From: a virus
Virus record (IMG/VR): IMGVR_UViG_3300023179_006727
Span: 37,735-101,734 of that record
Strand: one strand, 5' to 3'
DNA length: 64,000 nucleotides
Each line of letters opens with the position of its first letter. Positions within the stretch are counted from its first letter, which is position 1. Below are positions 21,933-31,321 of this stretch, piece after piece. The position numbers and the translations under genes were made by a program. The notes beneath the pieces were generated by a model that saw only the letters and a list, made by a program, of their open reading frames with translations, ran no database searches and was not told where the DNA came from.

Positions 21933-22445
21933 ATGCCATCTGCTAGTAAAATTAAAGGAAGTTCATTTGAGAGGGATATTGCAAAATATTTGTCCGATCT
22001 ATATAATGAGTCTTTTGTACGTGTTCCAAATAGTGGAGCATTTATTGGTGGTATTAACAAAGATAGGAAATCTTATTTGCATGAGGGACAGGTTCGCAGT
22101 TTTAAGGGAGATATAATTCCTGGGGAATCGTTTCAATTATTAAATATAGAATGCAAAAACTATGCAGATTTTCCGTTCTATCAAATTCTAACTACATGTA
22201 AATTATTAGATGATTGGTTAGATCAATTGATGGATGTAAGTGATAAGGATGATTTGAACGTTCTTTTTATGAAATTCAATCGTAAAGGTCGTTATATTGC
22301 AGTAGAACAAAAACATAAATGGAAAATGAACAATTACTTAGTATATCATAGTGATATATATGGTTCATGGATTATCTCAGAATTAGAACATTTTTTTAAA
22401 TTAAACTCAGGTCTCTTCAAAACTCTCTCCAAAAATAATACTTAG
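21933..22445 (+). CDS. Holliday junction resolvase, Hjc-like PD-(D/E)XK nuclease
   Basis: KIKGSSFER...RVPNSGA...GDII...NIECK motif order. Confidence 0.8.
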   Translation: MPSASKIKGSSFERDIAKYLSDLYNESFVRVPNSGAFIGGINKDRKSYLHEGQVRSFKGDIIPGESFQLLNIECKNYADFPFYQILTTCKLLDDWLDQLMDVSDKDDLNVLFMKFNRKGRYIAVEQKHKWKMNNYLVYHSDIYGSWIISELEHFFKLNSGLFKTLSKNNT

Positions 22446-22477
22446 GTCTACTCTAAGGTCTCAAAATCATAGAACAA

Positions 22478-22824
22478 TAGGTTTGGTTGCATGACCTGTA
22501 ACGCAACGAAGGTATATCAATGAACGTTGGTCAATGCCTGAATCACTGCCGTTCTACAGTGGCTTCAATGGACTACCCTCAAGGAGGATGCTTTAAATGG
22601 GTGCTCGCATGTCACATTTCCATTGTCGTAATAGTTGAATTCATTGAGAAATGAGTTGGAGTATGTAGTAATGTACTAAGTGTCTGATCATAATAATATG
22701 GGCAAAGGGTCAGAATCAGGTTATAAATTAATTCACTGCGGTTTATAACGGGTATAAAATACCACTGATGTATACGATATATTTCTTGTTAGTAACAAGT
22801 TTTGGGGTGATATAGTCAAACCTA
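22478..22824 (+). ncRNA. Candidate ~350-nt structured RNA, family unknown
   Basis: 22478-22496 pairs with 22806-22824 (17/19 pairs, 3 G-U, which favours the + strand). Encloses hairpins such as CACTG..CAGTG, CCTC-AAG-GAGG, TCTGATC..GGTCAGA, GTTATAAA..TTTATAAC, GGTAT-AAA-ATACC and CTTGTT-AGT-AACAAG. No ORF. Confidence 0.5.
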
Positions 22825-22883
22825 CCTGAATAAAATATATGAAGTGAACCCTATCCACGTAATGTGGGCGTTGGCAAACAAAC

Positions 22884-22930
22884 AAAAAGGGACAATATAA
22901 ATTATTAATTTTATATTTACCCCTTTTTTT
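22884..22930. terminator. Terminator-like stem-loop, possibly bidirectional
   Basis: AAAAAGGG..AATATAAA...TTTATATT..CCCTTTTTTT, between convergent transcription units. Confidence 0.45.
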
Positions 22931-23253
22931 GCGTTAAGCAACAACCAATTATTATAACTTTTTATTATTTTGAGCGTCGCTGATTAAAGGCATTTGATAG
23001 AACCCCCCTAATACAAATGATGTGCTGAAAATCCCCCCACCTATTAATGGCTTTATTACCCCCCATGGTTTTCAACACATTGAGTTTAAAAAATAAAAAA
23101 AGAAAAAAAGATTTTTGTTTTTTCGAATTTATGAGAAAAAACAAAAATAGATGACTGCAGGTCGATAGACCAAAGTCATCTTTAAAGAAAAGCAAGGATG
23201 ATATTAAGGCATTATCAACAAAAAATTCAATGTAAGTTTCAAATAAAAAATTT

Positions 23254-23466
23254 TTAAAAGAAAGGTAAACCACTTTTTTTTGTGGTTTCTAAATTATCAT
23301 CTATAAGTTGGTTAATTAGTTGTGTTTCTGTGGGTGATAAATTCATTGCATCAGTATACGATAGTGATCCACGCATATACCAAGACAAACGCAATGCATT
23401 AGATTTAATATTTTTTACTTCTTCGTCAAGTGATTTTACTAGCTTCTCTATGTCATCTTGTGACAA
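23254..23466 (-). CDS. Small baseplate/tail assembly protein (gp51-like position); probably the -1 frame extension of the upstream gene
   Basis: LRLSWYMRGSLSYTDAMNLSP. TTG start with no SD. In the -1 frame of the slippery site at 23484-23490. Confidence 0.7.
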   Translation of the reverse strand: MSQDDIEKLVKSLDEEVKNIKSNALRLSWYMRGSLSYTDAMNLSPTETQLINQLIDDNLETTKKSGLPFF

Positions 23467-23490
23467 ATAGAGAAGCTTTAGTCGAAAAAA
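23441..23490 (-). promoter_or_regulatory. Programmed -1 ribosomal frameshift signal
   Basis: Minus strand T TTT TTC heptamer (23490-23484), 6-nt spacer, then 15-bp hairpin AGCTTCTCTA-TT-TGTCA-CAAGA-TGACA-TAGAGAAGCT (23477-23441). Confidence 0.8.
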
Positions 23491-24302
23491 TCGGTAACAT
23501 TAAATGCAACGGTTTGTTTATATTCGTGTTTACAATTAATACATTTAAATTGAAGTGGTTTACTTGAACTACTATCTCGTAATTCAATACTTTTATCACG
23601 AATTTTATCATACATTTTTTTATCACAATTTTGTAAAAAATCTAGAATAAAATTTTGATCAGTTACCGTTGTTTCAGGAGTTTTTATATATTGAATACTT
23701 TTACCAAGAATTTTTTGACTTAATTCATTCATTTTAGCTAATAATTCACTTGCTGCTTTATTTTTAGCTTCACCATTTTCAAATGAATCAAGTTGTGCTA
23801 AACCACGTTGAATTTCAAATTGTTCAGTATTATTTGCGTTGTTTTGTTGATATGTTACTTCATTGAATTTAACTGAAAGATCACCTAGCATAAGTTCTTT
23901 ATTATAATCTCCAACACTAATACCACTTAATAATTGTGAAAGATTTACTCCAAATCTCATTGTTTCACTACAACTAGGGCAGCTAGTATCAACATCCATT
24001 TCGTCACCTGTAGTAGCAATTTTTATAGCAATAAGTATAGTTTCAATATCACTATTAATAATTTTCCATGGATTTTTAATGGATGGGACACAACTTTTAA
24101 TAATTGATACTACTGCTGATCCATTAAAAAGTGCATCAGGAGTACGTGAAGTAATTTCATCATTAGCTGTCATTGGATATACAGGTAATTCTCCTGTAGG
24201 AGGAAATTCTATAATATCAGGCGTGTAATTAAACTTACTTGGTAATCTAATATGTATCGCAGGTCTGCGAAAATACTGCTTAAGTGGGTTATTTTCCATC
24301 AT
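23478..24302 (-). CDS. Baseplate hub assembly chaperone, gp26-like
   Basis: NPLKQYFRRP...LPS...PMTANDEI...D..TILIAIKIAT.G, with CPSC and CINC zinc-binding pairs; ends DFFD. Confidence 0.78.
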   Translation of the reverse strand: MMENNPLKQYFRRPAIHIRLPSKFNYTPDIIEFPPTGELPVYPMTANDEITSRTPDALFNGSAVVSIIKSCVPSIKNPWKIINSDIETILIAIKIATTGDEMDVDTSCPSCSETMRFGVNLSQLLSGISVGDYNKELMLGDLSVKFNEVTYQQNNANNTEQFEIQRGLAQLDSFENGEAKNKAASELLAKMNELSQKILGKSIQYIKTPETTVTDQNFILDFLQNCDKKMYDKIRDKSIELRDSSSSKPLQFKCINCKHEYKQTVAFNVTDFFD

Positions 24303-24331
24303 TTGGTTAAAATCTCCATATATATTGTTGG

Positions 24332-24344
24332 ATAAATATATTTA
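24332..24344. promoter_or_regulatory. Back-to-back divergent late promoters
   Basis: Perfect palindrome TAAATATATTTA (24333-24344) gives TAAATA on both strands, between the divergent gp26-like and tape-measure genes. Confidence 0.6.
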
Positions 24345-24369
24345 ATCTTAAAAAAATATGATATAAAAA

Positions 24370-27300
24370 ATGGCAGATCAACTTGATCCTGATATAATAC
24401 AACAGTTAAATGAGAAATTTAACGAATTAGCTGCTATTACCTCGTCTGCTGCAGCACGAGCTAGTGCAAGTGCTTCTGCTACTCAAAATCAAACTGCAGC
24501 AGCAAAAAAAAATACTGATGCAAGTAATGATAATTTTGAAGCTATAAGACGTGCAAATCAAGCAATACGACAACAATCAGGTGCAGTAGATTCTAGTCGT
24601 GCTACTATTAATAGATTAAATGCTAGTATTCAAGATCAGTACAAAGCTTACGAGGCCAATCAAAAAGCTATAGAAGAAATTGAAAAGGCTACTAATAAAG
24701 CAGCACAACAGGAGCGTAATAAAGCAATTCATCTTGAGCGTGCAGTAGAATCCACAATTGCTGCATTTGAACAATTAGGCAAAGCTATATTTGATTCTAG
24801 TAGGGGAATGTCAAAATATACAGGTGTAGTTGAAAACCTTACAACTGCAGTAAGTGCGTTGTTATTAATTTTTGGCGGTCCGTTACTCAAAGTGGTAGGT
24901 TTAGTTGTTGGAGCATTAGGTAAATTATTTGGTGCGCAATTAGAGCAAATTGAAGCAAGTAATAAATTATATGAATCGTTAAGTGAATTTGGTGCATTAA
25001 GATTAGATGAGTTTGGTAATGGTATACAGTCTATCACACAAGATGTACATAAATTTGGATTAACAGTAAAGAATGATGGTGGATTATTTGTAGATAGTAT
25101 GAAAGGTATGTCCAAGGAGATTGTTGCGCTTGGAGGTACAGTAGGTCAAGGTCGTGGACAATTAGCGGATGCTTTTGGTGCAAATATTGGTGCACCTATT
25201 GAAGATGAATTACGCAGACTTGGTTATAATAGTCAAACATATTTTAAATCATGGGCAAAAGCTACGCAATTAGCTATACAATCAGGTCAAGCTGTTGGTA
25301 AAAGTAATTCGGAGTTAAACAAACAAACCAATCAATATTTAAAAACGTTAACTGAACTAAGTGAATTAACAGGTATTTCACGTGATGAGCAAATGGCTAT
25401 ACGTGAAAGAGCAATGCAAGATGAAGCTTATTTCATGAAACGCCGTGAAATTGCTGCTAGTGGGGATGACAAAGCTTTAGAACGTTTTGATAAATTAACT
25501 ACGGTAACAAATCAGTTTGGTGATGGAATTGGGCAGGTAATTAAAGAAGTAACGAATGCAGGTGGAGTAGTTACTGAAAGAGCAGCAGAAATTAATGCAT
25601 TTACAAATGGAGCAATTGAACGTGCCACACAAGCATATAATCGTGGTGCGATTGATGAACAACAGTTACGTAAAGAAATTGCAGAGGCAGTTAATTCATT
25701 AAGAGAAAGATTTGGTTCAAAAGCTATAGCGATTTTGGGTAATGATTTTGCAAAAGCGATAGGCTTATCAAGTGAAGCAATGAAGGCATCTGCGACTATA
25801 GAAAAACAATCTGCGGATGCAGCAAAAACAGCAAGAAATGTCATAGATAAAATTGCTGCAGAAGGTGCAGGAAAAGAACGTCAAATTGCAATTGATGAAA
25901 ACAAAATGGCTATAAAAAATCAACAAGCCTTAGAAAAAGTCATTCAAGTGACAAATGGACCGCTTATTGGGGCTTTTGAAAAATTAATTCAAGTCACTAA
26001 TAAGTTGCGTGATGCTTTTGTAAAAATATTACGTATGGTTGGTATTGATGCTGAAGCGGGTACATCAGCGGAATCAAAAAGACGTGTACAAGCTGCTGAA
26101 AGTTCATTAGAAGAGACCAAAAAAAGTTTAGAATTTCAAAAACAGCAAGCTCAAAAAACTGCGATGAGAGCAGCAGGTATTAAAGAAGGTGAGACAGGAA
26201 CAGAGGAGCAACGTAAAAAGTATCAAGAAATATACAATAAAGAATTAGAACGTACTACAAAATTTGACCGTGAACGTATTGCTTCATTAGAAACGCAACG
26301 TGCATTATCACTTGAAGAAGAGCGTGATCGTTTAATTAAAGAGGGTTCATTAAAAGAAGAGGTAAAACAAAATAAAGAATTAATTGCAGCAAAAGAAAAA
26401 GTTGCAGAAGTTGATAAATTAATTGCTGATTATGAGGGCCGTAGAAAAAAGGTCCTAGAATCGTTAAAACTAACTGAAGAAGATTTAAAAGGGCGTAATT
26501 ATGCAAAAAATATAGACGTTGTGCGTAAGGCAGAGCAGAAATATTTAGAAGATTTAAAAGAACAGCGTGGTATAAGAGCAGCAGAATATGCTAAAAAGTT
26601 AGAGGAACAAGTTAAACCTGCTCGTGAAGGTGTTGCTGAACCTACAAGTAAATCTGCATCTACTACTATATCTGTAGCAGATGCAAAACAATTTGAAGGT
26701 ACACAAAAAGAGTTTTATGATAAGATGTATAAAACTTTGCTTGACGAAGCCAAGAAAGCAGGATTAAAGAATGCAGAAGTTATAGCAAAATTAGGTGCGT
26801 CACAATCTGCATTAGAAACAGGTTATGGCAAATCTACTGCAGGTGCTGAAAATTATTTTGGGATAAAAGCACAAAAAGGTCAGCCTAGTAACACTGTAGA
26901 AACTACTGAATGGGATGAAAAGAAACAACAATACGTAAAACAATCTGCTGCGTTTAGAAAATATGGTAGTATGCAAGAATCTGCTGCTGATTATATTAAG
27001 TTTTTACAAGAAAATAAACGATATAGTAAGGTATTAAGTGCTGAAAATATAGCGGAAGCTATAGCAGAGCAGGGTAAGACAGGATATGCTACTGACCCAC
27101 AGTACGTAAAAAAATTAGCTGATATTACTGCAAGGGCAGAAAAAACTTTTGCTCCACAAACTCAAATCGCAGCAGTAAAACCTGAAAAACAAGCAGTGCC
27201 AGCACAAAAACCACAAGTAGCAACTGCTCCACCTGAAAAACAAGCAGTGCCAGCACAAAAACCACAAGTTGCAGCGGCATCTCCCGAAAAACAAGTAGAA

Positions 27301-27624
27301 CCACAAAAAGTACAAGTTGCTTTATTAACATCTGAAAAACAAGCAGTGCCAGCACAAAAACCACAAGTAAATCTACCTGATATTAATAAAATGTATGGAG
27401 GTGGATTATCTGCCAATCCAATGACAGATAGTTTGCGTTATAGTGAAAAAGATGAAGTAATTAATTTATATAATAAATTAGCAGAATTATTACCAATAAA
27501 AGAATTGATTGCTGCTATAAATCGACAAACTGATTTATTAGTAGCAGGTATTGATGGCATGAAGGATAAAATGACTGAAAATAATAGCATAGCGAGTGAT
27601 CAATTATTGTACTTACAGACCTAA
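24370..27624 (+). CDS. Tape measure protein with C-terminal GH73 (FlgJ-like) peptidoglycan hydrolase domain
   Basis: Long helical Ala/Gln/Lys-rich body with a hydrophobic segment. SQSALETGYG...NYFGIKA...FRKY.S..ES..DY...YATDPQY at about 26790-27110. Confidence 0.85.
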   Translation: MADQLDPDIIQQLNEKFNELAAITSSAAARASASASATQNQTAAAKKNTDASNDNFEAIRRANQAIRQQSGAVDSSRATINRLNASIQDQYKAYEANQKAIEEIEKATNKAAQQERNKAIHLERAVESTIAAFEQLGKAIFDSSRGMSKYTGVVENLTTAVSALLLIFGGPLLKVVGLVVGALGKLFGAQLEQIEASNKLYESLSEFGALRLDEFGNGIQSITQDVHKFGLTVKNDGGLFVDSMKGMSKEIVALGGTVGQGRGQLADAFGANIGAPIEDELRRLGYNSQTYFKSWAKATQLAIQSGQAVGKSNSELNKQTNQYLKTLTELSELTGISRDEQMAIRERAMQDEAYFMKRREIAASGDDKALERFDKLTTVTNQFGDGIGQVIKEVTNAGGVVTERAAEINAFTNGAIERATQAYNRGAIDEQQLRKEIAEAVNSLRERFGSKAIAILGNDFAKAIGLSSEAMKASATIEKQSADAAKTARNVIDKIAAEGAGKERQIAIDENKMAIKNQQALEKVIQVTNGPLIGAFEKLIQVTNKLRDAFVKILRMVGIDAEAGTSAESKRRVQAAESSLEETKKSLEFQKQQAQKTAMRAAGIKEGETGTEEQRKKYQEIYNKELERTTKFDRERIASLETQRALSLEEERDRLIKEGSLKEEVKQNKELIAAKEKVAEVDKLIADYEGRRKKVLESLKLTEEDLKGRNYAKNIDVVRKAEQKYLEDLKEQRGIRAAEYAKKLEEQVKPAREGVAEPTSKSASTTISVADAKQFEGTQKEFYDKMYKTLLDEAKKAGLKNAEVIAKLGASQSALETGYGKSTAGAENYFGIKAQKGQPSNTVETTEWDEKKQQYVKQSAAFRKYGSMQESAADYIKFLQENKRYSKVLSAENIAEAIAEQGKTGYATDPQYVKKLADITARAEKTFAPQTQIAAVKPEKQAVPAQKPQVATAPPEKQAVPAQKPQVAAASPEKQVEPQKVQVALLTSEKQAVPAQKPQVNLPDINKMYGGGLSANPMTDSLRYSEKDEVINLYNKLAELLPIKELIAAINRQTDLLVAGIDGMKDKMTENNSIASDQLLYLQT
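27181..27370 (+). repeat. Intragenic tandem repeats PEKQAVPAQKPQV (about 4 units, 17 aa period)
   Basis: CTGAAAAACAAGCAGTGCCAGCACAAAAACCACAAGT occurs three times, plus one degenerate unit. Confidence 0.9.
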
Positions 27625-27626
27625 TA

Positions 27627-27634
27627 TATAAATA
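27627..27634 (+). promoter_or_regulatory. T4-type late promoter TATAAATA (same motif at 29395, 36143, 51403 on +; 7537-7544 on -; CATAAATA at 7994, 16708, 60226 on -)
   Basis: Exact T4 gp55 consensus a short distance upstream of starts of structural genes. Confidence 0.75.
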
Positions 27635-27638
27635 CATA

Positions 27639-29399
27639 ATGGCTTATAAAAAGAAATTTTCTAATTTTCATGGTTCATTATCACCAATAAGTGGTGGTAA
27701 TAATAATACGGGAGCATGGAATGGTGGCATGGGACAAGAACCTACGGGTGGGTGGAATAATGATTTTGCGTTTCGTAACTATCAAAGTCGATTACCTGAG
27801 GTTTATACAGGGCATCCTAATCGTATAGAACGATACAATCAATATGAAATGATGGATGTTGATCCTGAAATCAATGCATGTTTAGATATTTTAAGTGAAT
27901 TTAGCACACAATCCAATGATCAAAATGGTACACCATTTGAAATTACATGGAATGATGATCCTACAGATATTGAAGTAGATTTAGTTAAAAAACAGTTGCA
28001 ACAATGGTGTAAGTTAAACGAATTTGATACTAGAACATTTAAAATTTTTAGAAATACAGTAAAGTATGGCGATCAAGTTTTTGTACGTGATCCTGAAAAC
28101 TTTAAATTATATTGGATTGACATGACAAAAGTAATTAAAGTTATTGTCAATGAAACTGAGGGTAAGTTACCTGAACAATATGTTATTAAAGATATCAATC
28201 CAAATTTACAGAATCTGACCATAGCTGAGAAAACCACAACGGATTTTCAAGCGCAACCTCCTACTGCGGGGTATAGTGCACCATATTCATATACTGTACC
28301 AAATGAACCATATGGTACGACAGGTACACGTTTTAGTTTAGGTATTAATGAAAGCGCAATCGATGCTAAGCATATTGTGCATTTGTCATTAACAGAGGGT
28401 TTAGATCGTTATTGGCCTTTTGGACAAAGCATTTTAGAAAATATCTTTAAAGTATATAAACAAAAAGAATTATTAGAGGATGCGATATTAATTTATCGTG
28501 TTCAACGTGCTCCTGAGCGTAGGGTATTTAAGATTGACGTAGGTAATATGCCTAGTCATTTAGCGATGCAATTTGTTAATCGTATCAAAGATGAGATACA
28601 TCAACGTAGAATACCTAGTGTACATGGTGGTAGTAATGTATTAGATGCAACTTATAATCCATTATCAATCAATGAAGATTATTTCTTTCCAACTACTGCA
28701 GAGGGTAGAGGAAGTAGTGTCGAAGTCCTCCCAGGTGGACAAAATCTAGGTGAAATTGATGATTTAAAATATTTCAATAATCGTTTAGCACGTGGTTTAC
28801 GTATTCCTAGTTCATATTTGCCAACAGGTCCTGATGATCAAACTACACCATTAAATGATGGTAGAGTAGGAACTGCTATGATTCAGGAATTTCGTTTTAA
28901 CAAATATTGTGAACGATTACAGGGATACATTGCACGAAAGATGAGCGAAGAATTTAAATTATTTTTGCGTTGGCGTGGATTTAATATTGATAGTGGATTA
29001 TTTGATATAAAGTTTAATGAACCACAAAACTTTGCAAGTTATCGTCAGGCTGAGTTAGATACAGCAAGAGTAAATACGTTCACTACTATGGCTGCGTTGC
29101 CTTATATGAGTACTCGTTTTTGTTTAGAAAGATTTTTAGGTTTATCACAAGAAGAAATCAAGAAAAATGAACAATTATGGGAAGAAGAACGTACAAAACC
29201 TGAAGAAATTGGAGCTAAAGGAAGTGATTTGCGCAATATTGGTATATCAACAAGCGATATTGAAAAAGATCTTGAGACTGCTGAAGATATGGATACAGAA
29301 GAAGATATTGAAGGTGAGCCTGCTGAAGTTACAGAACCTGTGGCAGGACCTGAAGCAGCAGGTGGGGCAGCTATACCACCTGCACCACCAAATGTATAA
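27639..29399 (+). CDS. gp20: Portal protein
   Basis: LLEDAILIYRVQRAPERRVFKIDVGNMP, EDYFFP...GRGSSVEVLPGGQNLGEIDDLKYF, RGLRIPSSYL. Confidence 0.96.
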   Translation: MAYKKKFSNFHGSLSPISGGNNNTGAWNGGMGQEPTGGWNNDFAFRNYQSRLPEVYTGHPNRIERYNQYEMMDVDPEINACLDILSEFSTQSNDQNGTPFEITWNDDPTDIEVDLVKKQLQQWCKLNEFDTRTFKIFRNTVKYGDQVFVRDPENFKLYWIDMTKVIKVIVNETEGKLPEQYVIKDINPNLQNLTIAEKTTTDFQAQPPTAGYSAPYSYTVPNEPYGTTGTRFSLGINESAIDAKHIVHLSLTEGLDRYWPFGQSILENIFKVYKQKELLEDAILIYRVQRAPERRVFKIDVGNMPSHLAMQFVNRIKDEIHQRRIPSVHGGSNVLDATYNPLSINEDYFFPTTAEGRGSSVEVLPGGQNLGEIDDLKYFNNRLARGLRIPSSYLPTGPDDQTTPLNDGRVGTAMIQEFRFNKYCERLQGYIARKMSEEFKLFLRWRGFNIDSGLFDIKFNEPQNFASYRQAELDTARVNTFTTMAALPYMSTRFCLERFLGLSQEEIKKNEQLWEEERTKPEEIGAKGSDLRNIGISTSDIEKDLETAEDMDTEEDIEGEPAEVTEPVAGPEAAGGAAIPPAPPNV

Positions 29400-29407
29400 A
29401 TAAAGTT

Positions 29408-29632
29408 ATGCACTTATTTGAATTTTATAACGCAGCACCAAAAGGAATGCAAGATGTGGAAGATGATCACAGTCAACCACGTTGGGGTGATTCACGTAAA
29501 ACCAAGGGTTTAACATTAGCAGCTATCAATAAAATTCGTAGGATGAAAGAAGTTAGGTCATACGAACAAGCAGAAAATCTTAAGAAAGTTCGCAAGCAAT
29601 ATGCACCTCCTGCACCTGAAGGTGCACTCTAA
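29408..29632 (+). CDS. Small conserved head-module protein
   Basis: Between portal and core genes; late motif at 29395; RKTK.LTLAAINKIRRM...VRKQY. Confidence 0.65.
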   Translation: MHLFEFYNAAPKGMQDVEDDHSQPRWGDSRKTKGLTLAAINKIRRMKEVRSYEQAENLKKVRKQYAPPAPEGAL

Positions 29633-29742
29633 AACGTATATTTAAAACAAAAACGTAAAAAAATAGCACTTTTAGCGGTGTTTTTTTGCATATTAGGTAA
29701 ATAAATGAAGCACAAGCCATTTACCTAAGGAGAATATATTAA

Positions 29743-30597
29743 ATGTCTACAGCAAAATTTGAAAAGCTAATTGATCTCATCATCAATGAGGATCAAGAGC
29801 GAGCAGAACAATTATTTCACGAGATTGTAGTAGAGAAGTCACGGGAAATTTATGAAAATCTCATGGATGAAGAAATGAATGAAGATATGTCAGAAGATCT
29901 TCTAGATGAGATTGAAACAGAAGAATCAGGCATGTCAGGCATGATGGAAGCGGGTGAAGAAGAAGATGAAGAAGAAGACTTGGACTTTGACGCTGTTACT
30001 ACTGATACGGATATTGACGGTGGTGACGACATGGGTGGTATGGGTGACATGGGTGACATGGGCGATGAAGAAGCACCTGCAACAAAAGGTGATATTCAAG
30101 ATTTAGAAGATAAGCTTGATGAACTTATTGCTGAATTTGAAGCTATGATGGGTTCAGGTGATGAAGAAGAAGGCGAAGAGGAAGGCGAAGAGGAAGGTGA
30201 AGAGGAAGGTGAAGAGGAAGAAGGCGAGAGCATGGTTGCTGAAGCTGTAAGCCTTAAGCAAGTTGGTGGTGCAACTTATGATAAGTTTGGTAAGATGGGT
30301 GATGATGGTTCTAATACCAAGAGTCCTGCATTAACAAAGCCTAAAGTTGTACAAACAGGTGCTAAGCCCGTAAATTTTAGTCAAGGTGGTGATGAATCAG
30401 TACCTTCAAGTCCAAAAGCCAATATGGGATACATTAAGCAGGGTGGTGATTTAATGAGTGGTGCGAAGAATGCGCCTGGGGCGACTTTCAATGAAAAGGG
30501 CGAATCAACACCAAAACCTGTAACAAAAGATGCAGCTTCTGATAAGCGTAGTCCTGTAGCAGAAAGTAAAAAATCTGTTAAAAAAGTAGTACGCTAA
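29743..30597 (+). CDS. Acidic prohead core / scaffold-like protein
   Basis: AAGGAG RBS; very acidic; GEEE and MGD repeats; position of T4 gp67/68. Confidence 0.65.
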   Translation: MSTAKFEKLIDLIINEDQERAEQLFHEIVVEKSREIYENLMDEEMNEDMSEDLLDEIETEESGMSGMMEAGEEEDEEEDLDFDAVTTDTDIDGGDDMGGMGDMGDMGDEEAPATKGDIQDLEDKLDELIAEFEAMMGSGDEEEGEEEGEEEGEEEGEEEEGESMVAEAVSLKQVGGATYDKFGKMGDDGSNTKSPALTKPKVVQTGAKPVNFSQGGDESVPSSPKANMGYIKQGGDLMSGAKNAPGATFNEKGESTPKPVTKDAASDKRSPVAESKKSVKKVVR

Positions 30598-30610
30598 GGA
30601 TTTAAGTACA

Positions 30611-31255
30611 ATGGCATATTTACGTGAACATCTAACTTTTGACAGAGCGGGATTAATTGTTGAATCTGTTAAAGAGGGTGATGAAAAAGTTAAAGCACTT
30701 TATATGAAGGGTATTTTCATACAAGGTGGCGTAAAGAATGCTAATGAACGTGTTTATCCTGTAGATGAAATTGAACGTGCAGTAGAAACATTAAACGGGC
30801 AAATTAGTGAGGGATACAGTGTTTTAGGTGAAGTAGATCATCCTGATGATTTAAAGATAAACTTAGATCGTGTATCCCACATGATAGTCAATATGTGGAT
30901 GGATGGTCCTAATGGGTATGGAAAGTTAAAAATTTTACCTACACCGATGGGAAATCTTGTTTCTACGATGTTAGAGAGTGGAGTGAAGTTAGGTGTATCT
31001 AGTCGTGGTAGTGGAAATGTCAATGACATGAATGGACGTGTTAGTGATTTTGAAATTGTAACGGTTGATATAGTAGCACAGCCAAGTGCACCGAATGCAT
31101 ATCCAAAAGCTATCTATGAAGGATTAAGGAACATGAAGGGTGGTAATCGTGTTTTAGAGAATTTAAAGGATAGTAAACTAGACAAGGATGCACAAGTTCA
31201 AAAGTATTTAAAAGAGTCGGTAGTTAACCTTATTAAGGAGTTGAAATTAAAATGA
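30611..31255 (+). CDS. gp21: Prohead protease
   Basis: GIFIQG..KNANERVY, GEVDHP, VSH, LPTPMG, GVSSRG.G, DIVAQPSAPNA. Confidence 0.95.
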   Translation: MAYLREHLTFDRAGLIVESVKEGDEKVKALYMKGIFIQGGVKNANERVYPVDEIERAVETLNGQISEGYSVLGEVDHPDDLKINLDRVSHMIVNMWMDGPNGYGKLKILPTPMGNLVSTMLESGVKLGVSSRGSGNVNDMNGRVSDFEIVTVDIVAQPSAPNAYPKAIYEGLRNMKGGNRVLENLKDSKLDKDAQVQKYLKESVVNLIKELKLK

Positions 31256-31321
31256 TTTCAACTTTAATAATACCCGTGAGTTCGGGGTTAAACGGACTAA
31301 CCAATAAAGGGGAACATACAA

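Noticed and set aside
22533-22820. Group I intron core (TTCAATGGACTA and GATATAGTC resemble R and S elements)
   Set aside because: No interrupted host gene; P/Q-like elements are out of order; GATATAGTC is explained by the closing helix. Kept only as an alternative pairing.
22965-23273. 102-aa minus-strand ORF
   Set aside because: Phe/Lys low-complexity translation of A/T tracts and hairpins; overlaps a real gene.
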